IMG/VR virus record: IMGVR_UViG_3300033273_000374
Coordinates: 138,914 to 202,913 of that record
Length of the DNA: 64,000 bases
From: a virus
Lineage: Duplodnaviria > Heunggongvirae > Uroviricota > Caudoviricetes
Reading direction: 5' to 3' (one strand)
Below, one piece after another: positions 54,056 through 63,592 of the stretch. Below the pieces are notes generated by a model. That model searched no databases, was not told the DNA's origin, and saw only the letters and a list, made by a program, of their open reading frames with translations. Both the position numbers and the translations under genes were made by a program. Positions within the stretch are counted from its first letter, which is position 1; every line of letters starts with the position of its first letter.

Positions 54056-54992
54056 TTTGTTTAATACACTCTATATAGTCGCCACTAAAGTAGTGATTAT
54101 AATTGTATTCAATAGTGTCTTTTTCTAACAAGTATAAATCCATAAGATAATCTTTGCTCAGATATCTAAACTTACTAACTGTTTCAATCAGTCTGACAAG
54201 CCTTTTTACAGGATTCTGTATACTGTCAAAGCTGTAATCAAATACCTTAGTATAACGCTTGAAACCATAATATTTTTCTAGATGACTGTGGTAATTTGGG
54301 TGTGCGTATGCCAAAAATAATCCTCTCGTTAACACACTATATAAAAACTTTTCTGAGACAACAGGGTAATAACTTGTTGCTAAACTTTCGGACACAACAT
54401 GCACAAAGCTCTTCGTTAGTTTTTCTTGCAATGCTATCAAGTTGTTGTGGTGTTCAGCCCGTGTATAGTCAATGCTATATATTTCTTGATTAAAATTATC
54501 GGGGTTATAAAAGAACTTGTTGTACAGATCAATTTCGTCAGTGTTTAAATCTAAAAAGTTCAAATGACCAATGACCTTATCGTTACTCATTGTGAAATTT
54601 TTAGTTGAAAATACTGTATTGAATAACCCTTGGTTATTTAGAATAGAAACAAGCAATTGACGACTGACATGACTCTGTCCATTGAAAGAGCATACTAGAT
54701 TTTTAAATTCTATTTTTGGATGTTGTGTGTAGTTGCTTAACTGTGAAAAATGCCTGATATAGTATTGAGAATAATATTTGAATTTAATGTTAGGATACTT
54801 ATTTTGTAGTTGTTCTGTAACTATGTATTCTGTTCTAACTTCTGTGCTTTTTTCATTTAATTTTTGTAAATAAGGATTGTCTAGATCTTTAGAAAATCCT
54901 CCCATATGATCATTAACATGAATAATTTTTGCGTGATCGAATGTTGGTTTTAATATCTCATTCCATCGACGAGGACCATAACAGGGTATCAT
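54048..54992 (-). CDS. Conserved phage protein, SEK family paralogue
   Basis: SFNG..H.SR, VSEKFL.S, YGFKRY..VFDYSFD. Confidence 0.55.
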   Translation of the reverse strand: MIPCYGPRRWNEILKPTFDHAKIIHVNDHMGGFSKDLDNPYLQKLNEKSTEVRTEYIVTEQLQNKYPNIKFKYYSQYYIRHFSQLSNYTQHPKIEFKNLVCSFNGQSHVSRQLLVSILNNQGLFNTVFSTKNFTMSNDKVIGHLNFLDLNTDEIDLYNKFFYNPDNFNQEIYSIDYTRAEHHNNLIALQEKLTKSFVHVVSESLATSYYPVVSEKFLYSVLTRGLFLAYAHPNYHSHLEKYYGFKRYTKVFDYSFDSIQNPVKRLVRLIETVSKFRYLSKDYLMDLYLLEKDTIEYNYNHYFSGDYIECIKQNE

Positions 54993-55008
54993 ATTTACAT
55001 CCGTACAC

Positions 55009-55043
55009 TAAAAGAAAGAAGAGGGCGACACATAGCCGCCCTC
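55009..55043 (-). terminator. Terminator after gp32
   Basis: GAGGGCG/CGCCCTC stem then TTCTTTCTTTT. Confidence 0.7.
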
Positions 55044-55053
55044 CCCACGTGCC

Positions 55054-56040
55054 TTATGAAGATTGACGACTTCTAATCATTGCTAGAATGTCTTCTGCAC
55101 TTTTACCGCCTTCGGTTTCTGCTGGCTTTGGAGCAGGAGCAGGCTCTGCTGCTGGCGCAGGTGCTGCTTCTACGACAGGTGCCGCTGCCGCTGTTGGTGC
55201 TGGCGCAGATGCCGCTGTAGCAGGAGTAGCTGGGGACTGTGCTGTACCTGCAGGAGCATCTACACCATATGGACGATAGTATTGTCCAAAACGCTCAACA
55301 TCATATGCTTGTCCATCTACACTTGCCTCAAACATTTCTTTGAGTACGTTGAGCTCAACTTCAGTTGGACGCTTGGGCAAGTAATCTGACAAGGTGTGTA
55401 AACCATGTGTGTCAATTGCTGCACGTTGTACTTCGGTGAGTGCAGTTTCTTTGCGAGCCCACTTTGATGTACTGTAGTCAGCATATTGACCTTTGGTTGT
55501 TTTAGTGATACGGAAATCCAGTCCTGCATCATAATCAGTAGGGAGTTCTTGGATGTCTGGATCCATCAGTGCATCTTTGATAAGTGTAAAGATGCTTGGC
55601 GAAATAACAAACCTACGAATAGGATTCTCAGGTGTGCTATCTTCAGTGAGTGGGTTCTCGTTTACAAAGCCTTGGAAAATATAACTACGCTTCTTCCAAT
55701 ACTTGCGACCCATTTCTTCAAGTGAACTATCTTTGAACCAAGTGCGCACTTCAGTCAAGATTGGGCAAGTTTCGTTCCACATCTCAACACATGGCACTTG
55801 TACCACAACAGGCTTGCTGTTCATGTCGCCTTTAACGCCATTGAACGGCAAACGAATCATGAGTCGCTCTGCCCAAAAGAATGTGTTGTTAGTATCGCCA
55901 TCAGGAAGGAAACGCACCGCTGCAGTGCTGCCTTCTGGGATATTCCAATGTGGGAAAATTGCGTTGTCGCCGCCGCCTGTACGCTCGCTGCGTGTTTCTT
56001 GAGCTTTAAGTTTTGCTCTAATTTCTGCCAAAGATGCCAT
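55054..56040 (-). CDS. 32: Single-stranded DNA-binding protein (T4 gp32-like)
   Basis: VRFLP, PC....CPI, YWKKRSY, DF..TK, DYSTSKW, Ala/Pro linker. Confidence 0.88.
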   Translation of the reverse strand: MASLAEIRAKLKAQETRSERTGGGDNAIFPHWNIPEGSTAAVRFLPDGDTNNTFFWAERLMIRLPFNGVKGDMNSKPVVVQVPCVEMWNETCPILTEVRTWFKDSSLEEMGRKYWKKRSYIFQGFVNENPLTEDSTPENPIRRFVISPSIFTLIKDALMDPDIQELPTDYDAGLDFRITKTTKGQYADYSTSKWARKETALTEVQRAAIDTHGLHTLSDYLPKRPTEVELNVLKEMFEASVDGQAYDVERFGQYYRPYGVDAPAGTAQSPATPATAASAPAPTAAAAPVVEAAPAPAAEPAPAPKPAETEGGKSAEDILAMIRSRQSS

Positions 56041-56057
56041 AATATTTCTCCTTTATG

Positions 56058-56136
56058 TGCCTATGTTTAGCCTTAATTTGTGTGCCTAAATCACACACTG
56101 TAAGAACAGTATATGATAACGTATTTAGTAGGTCAA
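56058..56136 (-). promoter_or_regulatory. Nested sigma70 and late promoters with AGGC(A) repeat leader of gp32
   Basis: TTGACC-17nt-TATACT containing TAAATA; AGGCA 56083, AGGCT 56069, AGGCA 56058. Confidence 0.65.
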
Positions 56137-56161
56137 TATCTTTTTTATAGGTTTTGTGGCC

Positions 56162-56186
56162 AAAAAAACAGGGCCCTTAGGCCCTG
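56162..56186 (-). terminator. Rho-independent terminator
   Basis: CAGGGCC/GGCCCTG stem then T7. Confidence 0.85.
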
Positions 56187-56208
56187 CTTTTCTCCCTGTA
56201 AACTTTTT

Positions 56209-58386
56209 TTACTTTTTACGTTCTAGGTCTTGCAGTTTGCGCATTTCACGTGCAACAATACTGCGTGGTGTTATTTGATAGCCTTCTTCGCCTAGTCTTA
56301 TGCCATGATTTGATTTTGCATTTGACCCTATGCCTGCTATTGCCTTCATACGGTTTAGACTTTCATCATACTCGCTTGTGTCTTCGCTGACCTCTGCTTC
56401 TTCTTTGACACCTATGTCTTGTAATACTTCGTGTGTCATAATACTGATATCGCTTGAGCCTAGTTCTTCTACACCTGCATAGTCTGCTGCAACCTCGTCA
56501 ATGGCTGCCATTAGACCTTCAATGCCACCTGCTTTTTCTAGTGCCTGTTTCATTAGATCTTCATCATTCATTATACGATTTGAAATGGCATTTGCACATT
56601 CCTCTTGGCTACAACCTTCTTGTTGCTCATAGCCTTCATCATCGTAGTCTTCAGCAACGCTTTCTGCAAACTGTGTTTCAAAACCACCATGTGTAAATCC
56701 ATAACGATCTGTAAGTTCGTCAGCAACAATATCATCAATGTCATCTTCATCAGCATCATACGGTACATTAATTTTTAGTACAACATCTCTTGGAAGATCT
56801 GCTACATCTGCAGGATCGTCCGCATCCCATTGAATGTTAGTTACTTTGATCATTCTTTCTGCATTTTCTGTGACTTCAACATCTTCGTCGTCCTGTACTG
56901 ATTCGCCACGTACTTGTTTAGCTTTTTCTAAATAATCTTGTAGTTCGCCATATGACAATCTGTCTGGGTTTTTACCGTCTTTTGCAGCAAGTTCTTTTGC
57001 AGTTTGTAACACATACCAACTGTCGCCACCGGATAAAATACCTTCTTCAATTGCACGTTCGTAGTCGTCCCAGCTCTCAACTTTGTCTTTGCCATAACGA
57101 TCTTTTTTGGCTTTTGGTTGTTGTATTTCTGTTTCGCCTTTGAGATACTTTTTGGCCATAGCAAATGCTGTAGCAGCATCAACTCTATCGTCCATGTCCA
57201 ATCTACCAATGGCTGCAGCAAGTGCATCATCAACCATGCGGTTTGATAGTTCCATCATAATGCGCTGTACCATTGCTAGGTTACGCTTTTCAAGTGGCAT
57301 GTTGCTGTTTTTAATAAATGTCTGATAGTTGCGAACGTCTGCATCCCCCTCTGGATTTGGGTGCATCATAATAGGATCAGGACCTATCGCAAATGCTTTC
57401 AAACTAGCCGCTTCTCTGCCTATACGATCTTCTTCTGCTTCACGTTTAATTTTACCCATTGCTACTGCCTTTCCTACATTGGTAAGTGTATCACTTAATT
57501 CGTCATCAAATACTTCACGTGTGAGTTTGATTTTTAAATCTTCAATATCGTTTTCGTCTACTTCAATTTGATCTGGAGACCAATTCTCAAAGTAAGTTTC
57601 ATAACCTGTTTGTTTTTTCATGCTTTCTAGTGTGTCTTTCAGACCATAGTATCTGTCTGTGGCATCACTGATGATTTCACGAGCCTCTTCGGTGTATTCT
57701 GTACGCTTGGTTCTGCGGCTGAACTTGCGTAGGTCCATCATTTCTCCCATGATGTCAAGTATGTGTTTACCACGTTCATCGTTAGGATAACCACCATTGC
57801 TGACATGACGTGTCATTGCTCTTGCTGCTGGTAGATAGGTGTTAGGGAATTTGAAACGTTCGCCTTGATCGTTTTCAATGTACACTGCACTTATGTTCCT
57901 ACTTCTTGCACCACGCTTTTCTTCATCAACTGTGCGTGCATGCTTAACAATCATGCGTGCTCCGTTTAGATCCTGATAGCTCTTTTGTTTGCTACCATAC
58001 ATTTTACTTTCCATGGTAAGTTCTTCCTGTTCGCCGCTAGTTTTTACCAAATATTCAAAGTCTTTGCGATCTAATCTTTGCTTGTCAATGTTTTTGACTT
58101 CAAAGTTCAACATGTTAGCATGTGCATATTTGCGCATGTTGCGCAACCAACTATGCCAGTTGTTACTTTGATCACTGTCCATTTCTTTGACCATTTTGTT
58201 GTTGAAGTATATCTTCATCAAATCGTCTTGGAGGTTCAGCACAACGCTGCCGCGGTCTTTGTAGTCAAACTCAAAAAACACAGCTTGGTCGCTGTCTAGT
58301 GTGGTTTTACCTTCACTGTCGCCCAACTGTACGTTGCTAAACCGTGTTCTAATTTTGTCAAAAATTTCTTTGCTTATCTGGCTCAT
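56209..58386 (-). CDS. Large acidic virion/head-associated protein
   Basis: 725 aa; RSRNI..YIEN..GERF, ARAM.RH..GG; acidic modules; C-term LNRMKAIAGI. Confidence 0.6.
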   Translation of the reverse strand: MSQISKEIFDKIRTRFSNVQLGDSEGKTTLDSDQAVFFEFDYKDRGSVVLNLQDDLMKIYFNNKMVKEMDSDQSNNWHSWLRNMRKYAHANMLNFEVKNIDKQRLDRKDFEYLVKTSGEQEELTMESKMYGSKQKSYQDLNGARMIVKHARTVDEEKRGARSRNISAVYIENDQGERFKFPNTYLPAARAMTRHVSNGGYPNDERGKHILDIMGEMMDLRKFSRRTKRTEYTEEAREIISDATDRYYGLKDTLESMKKQTGYETYFENWSPDQIEVDENDIEDLKIKLTREVFDDELSDTLTNVGKAVAMGKIKREAEEDRIGREAASLKAFAIGPDPIMMHPNPEGDADVRNYQTFIKNSNMPLEKRNLAMVQRIMMELSNRMVDDALAAAIGRLDMDDRVDAATAFAMAKKYLKGETEIQQPKAKKDRYGKDKVESWDDYERAIEEGILSGGDSWYVLQTAKELAAKDGKNPDRLSYGELQDYLEKAKQVRGESVQDDEDVEVTENAERMIKVTNIQWDADDPADVADLPRDVVLKINVPYDADEDDIDDIVADELTDRYGFTHGGFETQFAESVAEDYDDEGYEQQEGCSQEECANAISNRIMNDEDLMKQALEKAGGIEGLMAAIDEVAADYAGVEELGSSDISIMTHEVLQDIGVKEEAEVSEDTSEYDESLNRMKAIAGIGSNAKSNHGIRLGEEGYQITPRSIVAREMRKLQDLERKK

Positions 58387-58404
58387 GATATTGTATTTAT
58401 GCTC

Positions 58405-59973
58405 TTATAACATTATGAACGGCATGGGTGCTTCGTAATCTTCTGTGCCGTCCCTCATTTGTTGATCTAATTCAGGAACATAATTTTTGAGTTCGTTAGC
58501 AATACGCAATGCTAGTATGGTGCTCATAACAAGATCATCTGTTTCGCCTTGCTTGGCTGCATAACTTCCTCCATTTGCAATAAAGTTTTTAAGTTCACTG
58601 ATCAATGGTTTACTGCGAATGTGCATTTTGTTTGACTCTATGAGTGTTTTGAGTTTTGCACAACTGCTTAACTTTACTCTATTTGTGGTGTTAAATCCTT
58701 TGCGGAATGACCTTGTGTTGCCTGCACGTTTTGGTTCACTTAAGAATATACCCGGAATACTTTCTTCACCTATGTCAGCAATGCTTATCAGTGCTGCTTC
58801 GCCAATGGTGTTGTTTTCAACACTGTAATAGATGTTGGTGCTGTTGGTGCGTGTTTCTTCTGCAATGTATTCGCATATTGCTTTGAGTATTTGTATTTGT
58901 TGAGGTATAGGAGTTTTGTTATGACACCATTCAGCAACCTGCTCCATGCTAGGTGCTTCAAAAACTTGTATAGCAGCAGGATCACCACCGGTGCCCAAAC
59001 TAGGATCAAGTGCAACTATATAAGTGCTGGCTGCATTAGGTTTTTTATACCAACGCACTGTGCCTTGTTTACTTATTGGATCTATGCCTTCCATGGTAGC
59101 AAGGAACATGCTGTTGATAAGTGTTTCTTCCCATATGATAGGTTCGCATTCATGTTCACGCATGAATCTATCAATGCCAACACTGTGACGTTCTTGTTCT
59201 GCCCAAACTTCATCACGTTCCGGATGACGGTTCCATTTGGCCATGTATGCTTTAAAGCCGTTGACGCCATGTTCAGTTTCATTGCCATGTTCATCTAGTG
59301 TCTTGTTTGCTGCTTTCCATATCATCCAAAACTGGTCGTCATCACTGTTGGGTGTGCTTGTAATAATGGCTTTACCACCAGTTGCTAGTGTAGGACTAAT
59401 ACTGGTCCAAAACTCACGGGCAATAGTGTTACGCACAAACGCAAACTCGTCACAGTATAGCAATGTAATACTCATACCACGTCCAGTTGTTTCTGTTGTT
59501 GTGGTGCTAACAATTCTACTGCCGTTTTCAAAGTCTATGCTGCCTTTGTTATAAGTTATAACACCTGCTCGTATGTGATCAGGACACAATTCATATGCAT
59601 AACGGATACGTTGCATAATTTCTTGTGCACCTGTATACTTGTGTGCGGCAATTAGTATTGTGCTGTCGGGTTTGAACATTGCATACCAAAGCAAGTAGCC
59701 TGCGGCTGTTGTAGTTTTGCCCATTTGCCGTCCAAGTAGATTGATGCTGAATCTGTTGTTGTGATACACATCTATCAGTTCAACTTGGTAATCAAAAGGT
59801 TTATACAACAGTCTACCTTTTACAGGATGCTGTATGTAGAAAAAGTTTTCAAGAAAGTAGTTTGGACCATCCACAGGGTCAACGCAACGTGCAAACTCTT
59901 TGATTTCATCATGTGTAAAAGTTTGTCTGCGATTGGCTTGTTTGACCAATACTCCTTCTAAATTTTTACTCAT
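58405..59973 (-). CDS. 17: Terminase large subunit (T4 gp17-like)
   Basis: GRQMGKTT, LYCDEFAF, ITSTPN, VALDPS.G, VENN, DDLVM. Confidence 0.95.
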   Translation of the reverse strand: MSKNLEGVLVKQANRRQTFTHDEIKEFARCVDPVDGPNYFLENFFYIQHPVKGRLLYKPFDYQVELIDVYHNNRFSINLLGRQMGKTTTAAGYLLWYAMFKPDSTILIAAHKYTGAQEIMQRIRYAYELCPDHIRAGVITYNKGSIDFENGSRIVSTTTTETTGRGMSITLLYCDEFAFVRNTIAREFWTSISPTLATGGKAIITSTPNSDDDQFWMIWKAANKTLDEHGNETEHGVNGFKAYMAKWNRHPERDEVWAEQERHSVGIDRFMREHECEPIIWEETLINSMFLATMEGIDPISKQGTVRWYKKPNAASTYIVALDPSLGTGGDPAAIQVFEAPSMEQVAEWCHNKTPIPQQIQILKAICEYIAEETRTNSTNIYYSVENNTIGEAALISIADIGEESIPGIFLSEPKRAGNTRSFRKGFNTTNRVKLSSCAKLKTLIESNKMHIRSKPLISELKNFIANGGSYAAKQGETDDLVMSTILALRIANELKNYVPELDQQMRDGTEDYEAPMPFIML

Positions 59974-60410
59974 AGTATTCCTATCTGTATACTGGGATTT
60001 AACGGTGTAGTACTTAGTTTAATAATTTCACTAGCAATATCAAACCTATCACGCAACTGTTCAAAAAGTTTGCGATTTAGTCCTTGTGCTGCAATGTCAT
60101 AACTGCTGATACCTATGCTCGAATAATAACCAGTATCAAAGCCATAGCTTTTGCCCATGTTAGGAAATACTCCTACCACAAACAAACACACATCTGCAAG
60201 TTCTTTTGCACTCAAATGTTTTGGTTCTTTAAGTGTCATGTATGCTTGTGCAAAACTATTCTCAGGCAAGAAGTATGGGCGGTCAATAAAACTTCCAAGC
60301 AGTATAGCAAGATATGCTTGCAAGTCCTCAGGCAACTCATAGCCTGTTTGGTGTTGTGTTTCTATAATACATTCTCGAAACACCTGGGTGTATTCGTCTT
60401 TTATGTACAT
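59970..60410 (-). CDS. Conserved hypothetical protein
   Basis: KELADVCLFV.G.F..YY.SIG..SY; start MYIKD 4 nt after TAAATA. Confidence 0.65.
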   Translation of the reverse strand: MYIKDEYTQVFRECIIETQHQTGYELPEDLQAYLAILLGSFIDRPYFLPENSFAQAYMTLKEPKHLSAKELADVCLFVVGVFPNMGKSYGFDTGYYSSIGISSYDIAAQGLNRKLFEQLRDRFDIASEIIKLSTTPLNPSIQIGIL

Positions 60411-60425
60411 ACAATATTTAGTCAG

Positions 60426-60457
60426 AAAAATAGGCACTGCTTTAAACAGTGCCTATT
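60426..60457 (-). terminator. Rho-independent terminator
   Basis: AATAGGCACTG/CAGTGCCTATT stem then T-run. Confidence 0.8.
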
Positions 60458-60460
60458 GTA

Positions 60461-61525
60461 TTATTCTTTGTCTTCTAGTGTTTCGTTAACAACCTCTTGC
60501 ATGTAACGCTTGTACATACCTTCGAAAGTCAACTTGCTTTCTTCTTCAATTTCAGTTGGCTCTTGTTGCATTGGATTGTCACCACCAGCGGCTGCAGCAT
60601 ATGCTTTCTTAGGACCATTTAGTCCACCGCCTAGATCCATTTGATCTTCTGCACTACTGTAGTTTTCTTCTGGTTCGTTAGCATACTCGTCAATCTTGTA
60701 TTCTTCGTAACCTGCTAGACGCATTAGTTCTTGTAAGGCATGGACAGGAACTTCAACTGTTTCTTCCATGTCAACATCGCCTTCTTCATCTTCCTCTTCT
60801 TCTGCGTCATCAAAACGTTTGTCATCAGCATCAGCATCTGCATGCACTGGAGCATCTCCTGATCCTTCCTCAATTTCGTCTTCTTCCTCGTCGTCATCCA
60901 TTGCTTCTTCAACTTCAACGCTTTCGTTTACAATAACGCTAGGCTTTGACATACCAAGCACACCACCGCGTCCTGCTAATCTAATCATACGCTCAAGATC
61001 ACTGTTGTCAACGCTTTCTTCAACAACTTCTTCTTCGTGTACTTCCTCTACTGCTAGGTGAGCATCATCTTCTTTAAGATTTCGCTTCTTCAATTCTTGA
61101 CGAATCAATCTTCTCCATGTAGCACTACCAGGACCTTTTCTCATTGGTCGCTTTAACCAATCACGCAATTCTTGGTCAGACATATCCTTAGGAAGTTTAG
61201 CTCCATCAGCAAAGCCGTGGTCGTCATCTTCTTTAGTGTGTAAATGCACGTCTACACCAGCAGTACTTTTTAATTTTTTCATATCAGCAAATTTCTTTGC
61301 CGCGGCATAACTTGAAGGTGCTTTAATTTCTTCTTTGCCATGCTTTGCATGAACTACTGTATATGTGTTATCTTCTTCTGCTTCGTCAACAACTTCATCA
61401 GTTGCTTCTTCTACAGTTTCCTCTTCTATTACTGCAGTTTTTTCAGCAGCAGCGATAGCACGTTGGATATCTTCGTTGTCATAGTTTTCCTGGATTTCTT
61501 TAAGTTTTGCCAGTACGTCTTGCAT
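60461..61525 (-). CDS. Very acidic internal head/scaffold-like protein
   Basis: 354 aa; E/D rich, two L..M.RLAG motifs, many (V/I/L)xE sites. Confidence 0.6.
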   Translation of the reverse strand: MQDVLAKLKEIQENYDNEDIQRAIAAAEKTAVIEEETVEEATDEVVDEAEEDNTYTVVHAKHGKEEIKAPSSYAAAKKFADMKKLKSTAGVDVHLHTKEDDDHGFADGAKLPKDMSDQELRDWLKRPMRKGPGSATWRRLIRQELKKRNLKEDDAHLAVEEVHEEEVVEESVDNSDLERMIRLAGRGGVLGMSKPSVIVNESVEVEEAMDDDEEEDEIEEGSGDAPVHADADADDKRFDDAEEEEDEEGDVDMEETVEVPVHALQELMRLAGYEEYKIDEYANEPEENYSSAEDQMDLGGGLNGPKKAYAAAAGGDNPMQQEPTEIEEESKLTFEGMYKRYMQEVVNETLEDKE

Positions 61526-61529
61526 TGTT

Positions 61530-62039
61530 TTATTCCTTTTTCGCGAATTCGTATTTGCGGGTTTCTAAACCTTTGAGCATGTTTTCATTGTAAGCGTCAC
61601 CAAACACTTCCTCTGTTTTAACATTGTCCGCATCTTTATAGTCCGCATCCTCTAACTTAGAACTGTACTCTTCGTCTCCTTTTAGAGCCTCTTCGCGAGC
61701 AATTTCTTCAGGATGGTTTTTGTTAATAACAACAAGGTGTGGTGCTTCACAGCAACCTTTTTGTGTTAGATACTCATACAGTTGATGAGCAGTAACTGGA
61801 TAGGTTACCTCTGCATCCATTATGTGTACTTCACTGTTGCTAAGTGTTTGGAAGTCCATTGGATGCTCCTGGATAGGAGTTTTTTTAGGTTTGCTAAGAC
61901 TTTTTAGTTCATATTTTTCAAGTGCAGTTTCTATTGCATCAATACGATCGCTGTCTAGATCACCTGCAATTTTAATACGAAAACTATAAGTTTTTTCGCT
62001 TTCCATCAAATAACTTCTAAAACTTTTCATTGTTGTCAT
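61530..62039 (-). CDS. Conserved virion protein with capsid-targeting-like N-terminus
   Basis: MKSFRSYLME-S, TPIQEHP.DF; late promoter upstream. Confidence 0.6.
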   Translation of the reverse strand: MTTMKSFRSYLMESEKTYSFRIKIAGDLDSDRIDAIETALEKYELKSLSKPKKTPIQEHPMDFQTLSNSEVHIMDAEVTYPVTAHQLYEYLTQKGCCEAPHLVVINKNHPEEIAREEALKGDEEYSSKLEDADYKDADNVKTEEVFGDAYNENMLKGLETRKYEFAKKE

Positions 62040-62067
62040 TCCTTATAGTGTATTTATGCTTTAACTG

Positions 62068-62562
62068 CTACTTTTTATCCAGTATCTGCTGTAACAGTGT
62101 GTTACGATCAAGCACAACACCTTCGCCATCAGTACTGATCTCACCATTTGATTGTTGCTCTTTAGCAAGTCGTGCATCTAAACTGGCTTTTTTAAGTTGT
62201 AAATCAACCATGCGCAGTTTCTTGTTTACCTTGTGTGCTTTTGCATTCAGTGCAGTGTCTAACATTCTAGCAGCATTGCCAAATATCTCACCGCTAAAAC
62301 GTGCTTCTACATTCATACCCAAGTCCATTAGATCTTTGAATGTGTCTTGTGCAAGTTGTGCAATTTCATCCATTTCTTTGTCTGAAGATTCAAGATCACT
62401 CACACTAGGCAGTGCTGCATCAATCTTGTCTACTGCTTCAAGTGCTGTGGTTAGATCAGGTGCTGTTGCAGTTATTGCCTGTACTGCTTCAACTGCTTCT
62501 TCAGTATCCACATCAGGCTCTACATCTTCTACGTCAAATAATTCTTCAAGTTTACGGGTCAT
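62068..62562 (-). CDS. Terminase small subunit (T4 gp16-like), probable
   Basis: Helical; A..TFKDLMDLG.NVE.R...EIF..A..ML..A; near terL. Confidence 0.6.
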   Translation of the reverse strand: MTRKLEELFDVEDVEPDVDTEEAVEAVQAITATAPDLTTALEAVDKIDAALPSVSDLESSDKEMDEIAQLAQDTFKDLMDLGMNVEARFSGEIFGNAARMLDTALNAKAHKVNKKLRMVDLQLKKASLDARLAKEQQSNGEISTDGEGVVLDRNTLLQQILDKK

Positions 62563-63140
62563 ACTTTATCCATCCATACTCTTTTGCCTTCCACTAACTT
62601 CCAGGTTCTACCTTTGTTGTTAGCAGCGGCATTTTTTAGCCTCTGTATGCGTCCAGACTTGGAAGATTTTAAACCCTTTTTAAATTTATCTGTCATTGTT
62701 TTTGGTGTGCCAGTGGTAACTGAACTTATTTTTCTTTTGCGTTCTTCTGTCCAACTGTCTGGTGAACTACAACTACGCTTAACATATTCTTGCCGCTCTT
62801 CTTTTGTCATATTAGATAGTTGAATTTTCTTGGTGGCAGATAGTTTGTTTCTACTTTCTTCTCCCCAAAATCCACCCGGTCCTGCTTCTTCTGTTAAGTT
62901 GGCCCAGTTCTTATCCTCAACTACATTCCATAATTTACTGTAGTGCTTACCCCAGCGAACCAATTCATCTTCTGTATTACATTCGCGAAGAATAGTTGTT
63001 TTTACATCATTGCCGTGTTTTTTAAGATGATTAGTCCAATAAACACCTGATCCAGGATACTTAAATGGATCCTCAGAGATAGTCTTTCCAAGATATTTAA
63101 GTCCTGTAACATTATGTTCTTTTACATACAAATATATCAT
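62559..63140 (-). mobile_element. Free-standing GIY-YIG (Seg-like) homing endonuclease
   Basis: MIYLY.KEH..TGLKYLGKT, Y.GSG.YW, E, ANL, NUMOD-like basic tail. Confidence 0.85.
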
Positions 63141-63148
63141 ATAATTAC

Positions 63149-63592
63149 TTAGCGGCGTTTTTTGCCATTATGGAAAATATCGTTTTCAGTAACAATGCGA
63201 AATTGCAATCCTTTTAGTTTGCACCATTTGGCTGCAGCCTCCCACTTGGCATGATTGATTGCAATAGCCAGTTTGTCATGATTGCTTGTCTTTGCACCCA
63301 GTCTTGTTTGGGATTCTGGTTTGACTTCTATAAGTTCTGCACGTTTTTTGCCGCCTTTGTCTTGATACACAATAAGAAAGTCTGGAACATATATGCTTTG
63401 CTTGCCTGTTAGTGGATTACGATAAGGTATTTGTATACTTTCACTGGCCCAGTTTATAACACTTGGATGATTATCACAGAAGCGCATGAATGCATGCTCC
63501 CATCCACTGCGGTAGCGTGGCTTTTTGATTCCTGCATACTTCTCTGGATTGGCCATTTCGTATAAGCCGTTGGCCCACTTGCCTCTAGCCAT
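63149..63592 (-). CDS. 4: Head completion nuclease (T4 gp4-like, TnsA-type)
   Basis: NPEKY, YRSGWE..FM..CD, WASE...IPY, YVPDF, IEVKP, N.AKW.AA, IVTE. Confidence 0.9.
   Translation of the reverse strand: MARGKWANGLYEMANPEKYAGIKKPRYRSGWEHAFMRFCDNHPSVINWASESIQIPYRNPLTGKQSIYVPDFLIVYQDKGGKKRAELIEVKPESQTRLGAKTSNHDKLAIAINHAKWEAAAKWCKLKGLQFRIVTENDIFHNGKKRR

Noticed and set aside
55120-55260. Tandem repeat in the gp32 3' region
   Set aside because: Only codon bias of an Ala/Pro linker; no exact repeat unit.
85-62823. Numerous 60-160 aa ORFs in the track antisense to or nested in longer genes (e.g. 85-294, 2046-2411, 8218-8649, 13967-14389, 62030-62623)
   Set aside because: Shadow ORFs: Ser/Leu/Phe-rich mirror translations of real genes, without RBS or motifs.
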